DNA of 20,559 nt from Methanobacteriota archaeon (lineage in GTDB: Archaea > JAADCQ01 > Methanopyri > Methanopyrales > Methanopyraceae). How positions within the stretch are numbered: the stretch's first letter is position 1; every line of letters starts with the position of its first letter. A program made the position numbers and the translations under genes. The notes beneath the pieces were generated by a model that had not been told where the DNA came from, did not search any database, and worked only from the letters and a program-made list of their open reading frames with translations. Below are positions 17,287 to 20,559 of this stretch, piece by piece. The stretch is taken from NCBI GenBank assembly GCA_027064425.1, contig JAMOPO010000005.1, forward strand, positions 1-20,559, in the 5' to 3' direction.

Positions 17287-17446
17287 GGTTGTTCCCCGGG
17301 ACCCGGTGCCGGCCGCGGGTTAAGGTGGCGCGGTGTTCGCTTGCTGTGCGGGGCCCTCTCGAGGGGGGTGGGGGAGCCACCGTTAAGGTAACTCCTATAA
17401 ATCGCCGGGGCGTCTTCGGGGCCCGCCGGGCGCGGGGGTCCTCCGC

Positions 17447-17680
17447 TTGCTGAAGACCCTGATGAGGGCGCTCAAGGAGGACCGGGAGGCGGCGGAGCGG
17501 GCCCTCAGTCGAGTTGAGCGGATCAAGCGTCAGGTGTCCGGGGAGCGGGTGGAGGTGGAGGAGGTCGCCGAAAAGGTGGGCGTGGAGCGCGATCTTCCGT
17601 ACGATCGGTGCGAGGACGTTGCCCGGGAGCTGCCGAGGCTGAGGAATCTCCGGCACCGGTCGCTGGCCGGGGAGCGTTAG
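17447..17680 (+). CDS. Small hypothetical helical protein (77 aa)
   Basis: Host-like codon use and charge pattern; TATAAAT box at 17396-17402; GGGGGT SD-like sequence upstream. Confidence 0.55.
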   Translation: MLKTLMRALKEDREAAERALSRVERIKRQVSGERVEVEEVAEKVGVERDLPYDRCEDVARELPRLRNLRHRSLAGER

Positions 17681-17745
17681 CGCGCGGGTGGGTCGCCGTT
17701 TCCCGGCGTCACGCGCCGTATCGTCCGCCGCGCTCGCCGCTCGTG

Positions 17746-18978
17746 CTAGGATCCGGGGCCTACGGGGCTGAGCTCGCGGACGTCGTCGCGCCCGGGCAGT
17801 TTGCGGTGGAGCAGCCAGGATTTGATGCGGATGATGCCGGCCAGTGGTAGGACTCGGGCCAGGGCGGGGTCGGGGTGGGGTAGGGTCTCTCGGAGCTCGC
17901 AGAGCTCCTCCTGGGTGAGGGTGGTGAGGGGCTCGGCGGTGGCGACGGGGACGACGTGCTCGATCTCGTGGTGGACGAGGTGCCTCCAGGAGCGGCCGGC
18001 CTTGACCTCGTCGGGACGGAGGTCGGCGGTGAGGGCGCGGGCGACGGGCTCGGGGAAGTAGTCGGTGGGCTGCTCCTCGACCTCGTCGTAGGTGAGCCCG
18101 TAGCCGCGGGCGTCCATGACGGTGTCGAAGGTCTCGGGGTAGAGGGGGACGAGCCGGCGCAGGTCGGTGTAGGCGGTCTCGTGCTCCTCGTGGACCCAGG
18201 GCAGGTACCCGCGGCGGGCGAGCGGGCCGGGCAGGGCGGCGGCGTTGGCGCGGAGGACGCGGTGCTCCCAGCGGAGGACGGGTGGCAGGTCGTGCGGGTG
18301 GATGAGCCGGGCGAAGTTGTCGAGGACCTCCTCCTCGACCCCGTAGCGCTCGGCGAGCCACTCGAGGAGGGGCTGGTAGGGCTCGTCGGCGAGCACGTCG
18401 GAGTACTCGGCGAGGGTTCGGAGCAGCTCGGGGTAAGCGTCCGGGTCGCCACGCTCCCAGCGCCTTAGGAGCTCCCGGGTGCGGGGGCACTCGAGGTCGC
18501 GGGCGAGCTCGCGGGCGCGGTTGAGGAGAACGTCGGGGCGGTCGTGAAGGTAGGCGGGCTCGTCGCCGGGAAGCTCGGCCTCGGGGGTCAGCCGGTGGGG
18601 TCGGAGGACGCGGGCGACGTGCTCGCGCCACTCGGGGTCGTGGAGGATCGCGGCGAGGGCGGCCTCGGTGCTGCCCAGCCGGAACTCCCGGGCGAGGCGC
18701 ACGAGGAGGGCGACGCCGGCGAGCTGGGTGGGCGTGGTGTCGGCGCGGACGGTGGTGCTGGCTCGAGGGGACCAGCCGTCGCCCTCCACCAGCTCGCTCG
18801 CGTTCACGGTCTCCCCGGCGCGGAGGCGGGAGAGGAGCTCGTGGAGCGTGTCGCGGACCCAGTCATGCAGGACGTCGTTGGCCGTGGTGAGGGCGCCGAT
18901 GACGTCGAGGAGGGCGCGGCCGAGCTCGACGTCGCTCACCGGGAGCCGGACGGTAACCCCAACCCGCCTCACCCCCAC
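17746..18978 (-). CDS. Hypothetical protein (410 aa)
   Basis: Long ORF with consistent C-ending codons and protein-like composition; no family recognised. Confidence 0.7.
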   Translation of the reverse strand: MGVRRVGVTVRLPVSDVELGRALLDVIGALTTANDVLHDWVRDTLHELLSRLRAGETVNASELVEGDGWSPRASTTVRADTTPTQLAGVALLVRLAREFRLGSTEAALAAILHDPEWREHVARVLRPHRLTPEAELPGDEPAYLHDRPDVLLNRARELARDLECPRTRELLRRWERGDPDAYPELLRTLAEYSDVLADEPYQPLLEWLAERYGVEEEVLDNFARLIHPHDLPPVLRWEHRVLRANAAALPGPLARRGYLPWVHEEHETAYTDLRRLVPLYPETFDTVMDARGYGLTYDEVEEQPTDYFPEPVARALTADLRPDEVKAGRSWRHLVHHEIEHVVPVATAEPLTTLTQEELCELRETLPHPDPALARVLPLAGIIRIKSWLLHRKLPGRDDVRELSPVGPGS

Positions 18979-19098
18979 CGAAAGGCGTTGACGGCGGGGT
19001 TTCCCTCAAGATAGAAAACCGTTTCGGAGAGGGATTCTCCACGCCGATAATCTTATCTAACCGCAACTTAACTTCGGGGCCGTGCCGGGGGGACCCGC

Positions 19099-19488
19099 TT
19101 GGCCGGCCCGCAGCAGATCGTCGAGGAGGACGGCGTGCTCTGCGCGTTCATCGCCACGAAGGATGGGTTCACGATCGACGCGGCGGTCTCGGAGGAGGTG
19201 AAGGAGGAGGTGGGCGAGGTGGATCCGGAGCACCCGGCCGCCGTCTCGTCGACGATCCTGCTGCGCGTAAAGAACCTCATGGAGCAGCTGGTGAGCCCGC
19301 GTGAGGAGGTCACGATCTCGGTCGTCGGCGGCCACTCGCTCGTGCTGAAGGAGGTGCAGGGGTACTTCATCGTGGGGCTCCTGTACGACAGCGAGCGGAT
19401 CACCGAGGGCCTGGCCAGGATGCTGCTTCAGCAGCTGGAGGAGGCCGCCCAGCGGTTTTACGAGGAGTCCGGGGTTCGGGGCGAGTAG
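19099..19488 (+). CDS. Roadblock/LC7 (MglB-like) domain protein
   Basis: DGVLCAFIATKDGFTI...PAAVSSTIL...GLARMLL pattern, 129 aa; GGGGGG SD before TTG. Confidence 0.8.
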   Translation: MAGPQQIVEEDGVLCAFIATKDGFTIDAAVSEEVKEEVGEVDPEHPAAVSSTILLRVKNLMEQLVSPREEVTISVVGGHSLVLKEVQGYFIVGLLYDSERITEGLARMLLQQLEEAAQRFYEESGVRGE

Positions 19489-19494
19489 CGCCGT

Positions 19495-19881
19495 ATGGAC
19501 GACTTCAACACCGCGATGCTGGCGGCCTTCCTGGCGACGCTCCGGGAGCTCGAGACGCCCGCCAACGTCGTCCGGGCGCTCGCCGACGTCCTCCCGGAGC
19601 GCCTCGAGAGCCGGGAGGCCGAGCGGGTCCTGGAGGTGCTCGAGGGGCTGCCCGAGCGGAGGGGGAGCGTGGAGGGCGCCTGCGGGGAGACCTACCGGGT
19701 GAGCGACGGCTAGATCGCCGTCGAGGACTGCCCCTGGAGACCCGTCTGCGACCTGGTCGAGTCGGCGGTGGGGAACGTCCTCTGCCCCGTCGCCCTGCTG
19801 ATCGCGGTCCTCAACGAGGTCTGGTTCGAGCGCGTGGAGCGGGGTGAGGACGGTTGTCGGCTGATCCTGCCGCGCGGGTGA
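19495..19881 (+). pseudogene. V4R/methanogen-output-domain-like protein interrupted by an in-frame TAG (19711-19713)
   Basis: After the TAG the frame continues IAVEDCPWRPVCDLVESAVGNVLCPVALLIAVLNEVWFERVERGEDGCRLILPRG to TGA 19879-19881, which overlaps the next GTG start. Confidence 0.7.
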
Positions 19882-20300
19882 TCTCGCCCACGCACACGGT
19901 CGCGGTGGCGCTCGTGCTCAACCGGATCATCGAGCGGAACGACGGGCGGGTCACCTACGCCCACCTGAGGATCGTGGTCGACCACCTCCAGGACCTGCTC
20001 GAGGCCGATCTCGAGCCGCTGGTCCGGGCGCTGCGGGAGGGCGGGACCGTGAGGCTGGGCCTGGACGGGGGCGAGCTCGCGCTCGAGGTGGAGGACGACC
20101 GGGTGACGGTTCGGGAGTGCCCGTACCGGGGGGAGTGCCGCCGGCTCTCGGGGGTCGCCGACGGACCGCTCGTCCTGCCGTGCACGGTCCTGGTCCAGCT
20201 GGCCCTGGACGAGCTCGGAGAGGGTCGGCACGTCGTCGGGCTCGAGCGCGGGGACGCGGAGTGCTCGCTGAGGCTCGTCGAGGGGCCCGCCAATCGTTAA
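19878..20300 (+). CDS. V4R/methanogen-output-domain-like protein (140 aa)
   Basis: VTVRECPYRGEC...LPC...AECSLRL Cys pattern; GTG 19878 in a GTGA overlap. Confidence 0.68.
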   Translation: MISPTHTVAVALVLNRIIERNDGRVTYAHLRIVVDHLQDLLEADLEPLVRALREGGTVRLGLDGGELALEVEDDRVTVRECPYRGECRRLSGVADGPLVLPCTVLVQLALDELGEGRHVVGLERGDAECSLRLVEGPANR

Positions 20301-20335
20301 AGTGAGGGGATCGGGCCCACCGACAGCGGCGGCCG

Positions 20336-20413
20336 GCCGGGGTCGTCCCGGCGGGTCGTGAGAGCGGGGCGGACCCCCGCCCGATGACGGCCCGTCGTTT
20401 CCGCCCCGGTACA
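20336..20413 (+). ncRNA. H/ACA-type pseudouridylation guide sRNA
   Basis: Lower stem GCCGGGG/CCCCGGT then ACA (20411-20413). Bipartite 7+7-nt pocket TCGTCCC / GTTTCCG. 10-bp upper stem 20350-20359/20387-20396. K-turn-like GAGA / CCGATGA below an apical GCGGGG/CCCCGC hairpin. 14 nt from the top of the pocket to ACA. Confidence 0.75.
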
Positions 20414-20439
20414 AGCCCCCGGAGGGCTCCCTCCGGCGT

Positions 20440-20462
20440 ATCGTTACGAGATCCAAAACGAT
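20440..20462. repeat. 23-bp palindromic motif, copy 5
   Basis: ATCGTTACG-agatc-CAAAACGAT, directly abutting the thrB SD. Confidence 0.72.
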
Positions 20463-20474
20463 GGGGGGACCGCG

Positions 20475-20559
20475 GTGGCCGTCACCGCCCGGGCACCGGC
20501 GACCATCGCCAACGTCGGGCCCGGGTTCGACGTGTTCGGGCTGGCCGTCGACGGCTTCC
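20475..20559 (+). CDS. thrB: Homoserine kinase, 5' fragment
   Basis: GTG start after GGGGGGA; translates to MAVTARAPATIANVGPGFDVFGLAVDGF, the PAT.AN.GPGFD signature. Confidence 0.9.
   Translation, partial: MAVTARAPATIANVGPGFDVFGLAVDGF

Noticed and set aside
16055-18631. 858-aa Pro/Arg-rich ORF
   Set aside because: Off-frame product of C-rich codon usage in the two real minus-strand genes
10140-20462. 23-bp palindromes as CRISPR repeats, dif sites or transposon ends
   Set aside because: Not regularly spaced, no cas or transposase genes, no target-site duplications, and the geometry (9-5-9) differs from the 11-6-11 dif layout

Overview
Very GC-rich archaeal DNA that looks like Methanopyrus. 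Three markers point there: a stand-alone reverse gyrase A subunit, a tRNA with C at position 8, and a selenocysteine-containing formate dehydrogenase. Housekeeping and methanogen genes are rgyA (partial), dcd, a LarC C-terminal-type protein, an MgtC/DUF4010 membrane protein, an RsmB/NOP m5C methyltransferase, serA, an FwdF-type polyferredoxin, fdhA(Sec)-fdhB and the start of thrB. Several features are missed or split by the ORF track. (1) A 23-bp palindrome, AYYGTTWCG-N5-CGWAACRRT, occurs five times, always between genes, and clusters around a ParA-family ATPase/orphan-partner operon. (2) fdhA has a ~170-nt nested 5'-UTR structure carrying an archaeal SECIS. (3) There is a C/D-box sRNA and an H/ACA-type sRNA. 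(4) tRNA-Val(GAC) has an intron and C8. (5) A free-standing tandem LAGLIDADG protein resembles RtcB-intein endonucleases, and its N-terminal part lacks a canonical start codon. (6) A stand-alone GGDEF-like protein sits between serA and the methyltransferase. (7) A Roadblock plus two V4R/MetOD1-like gene cluster has an in-frame TAG in the middle gene. Family assignments come from motif recognition only; no database searches were run.
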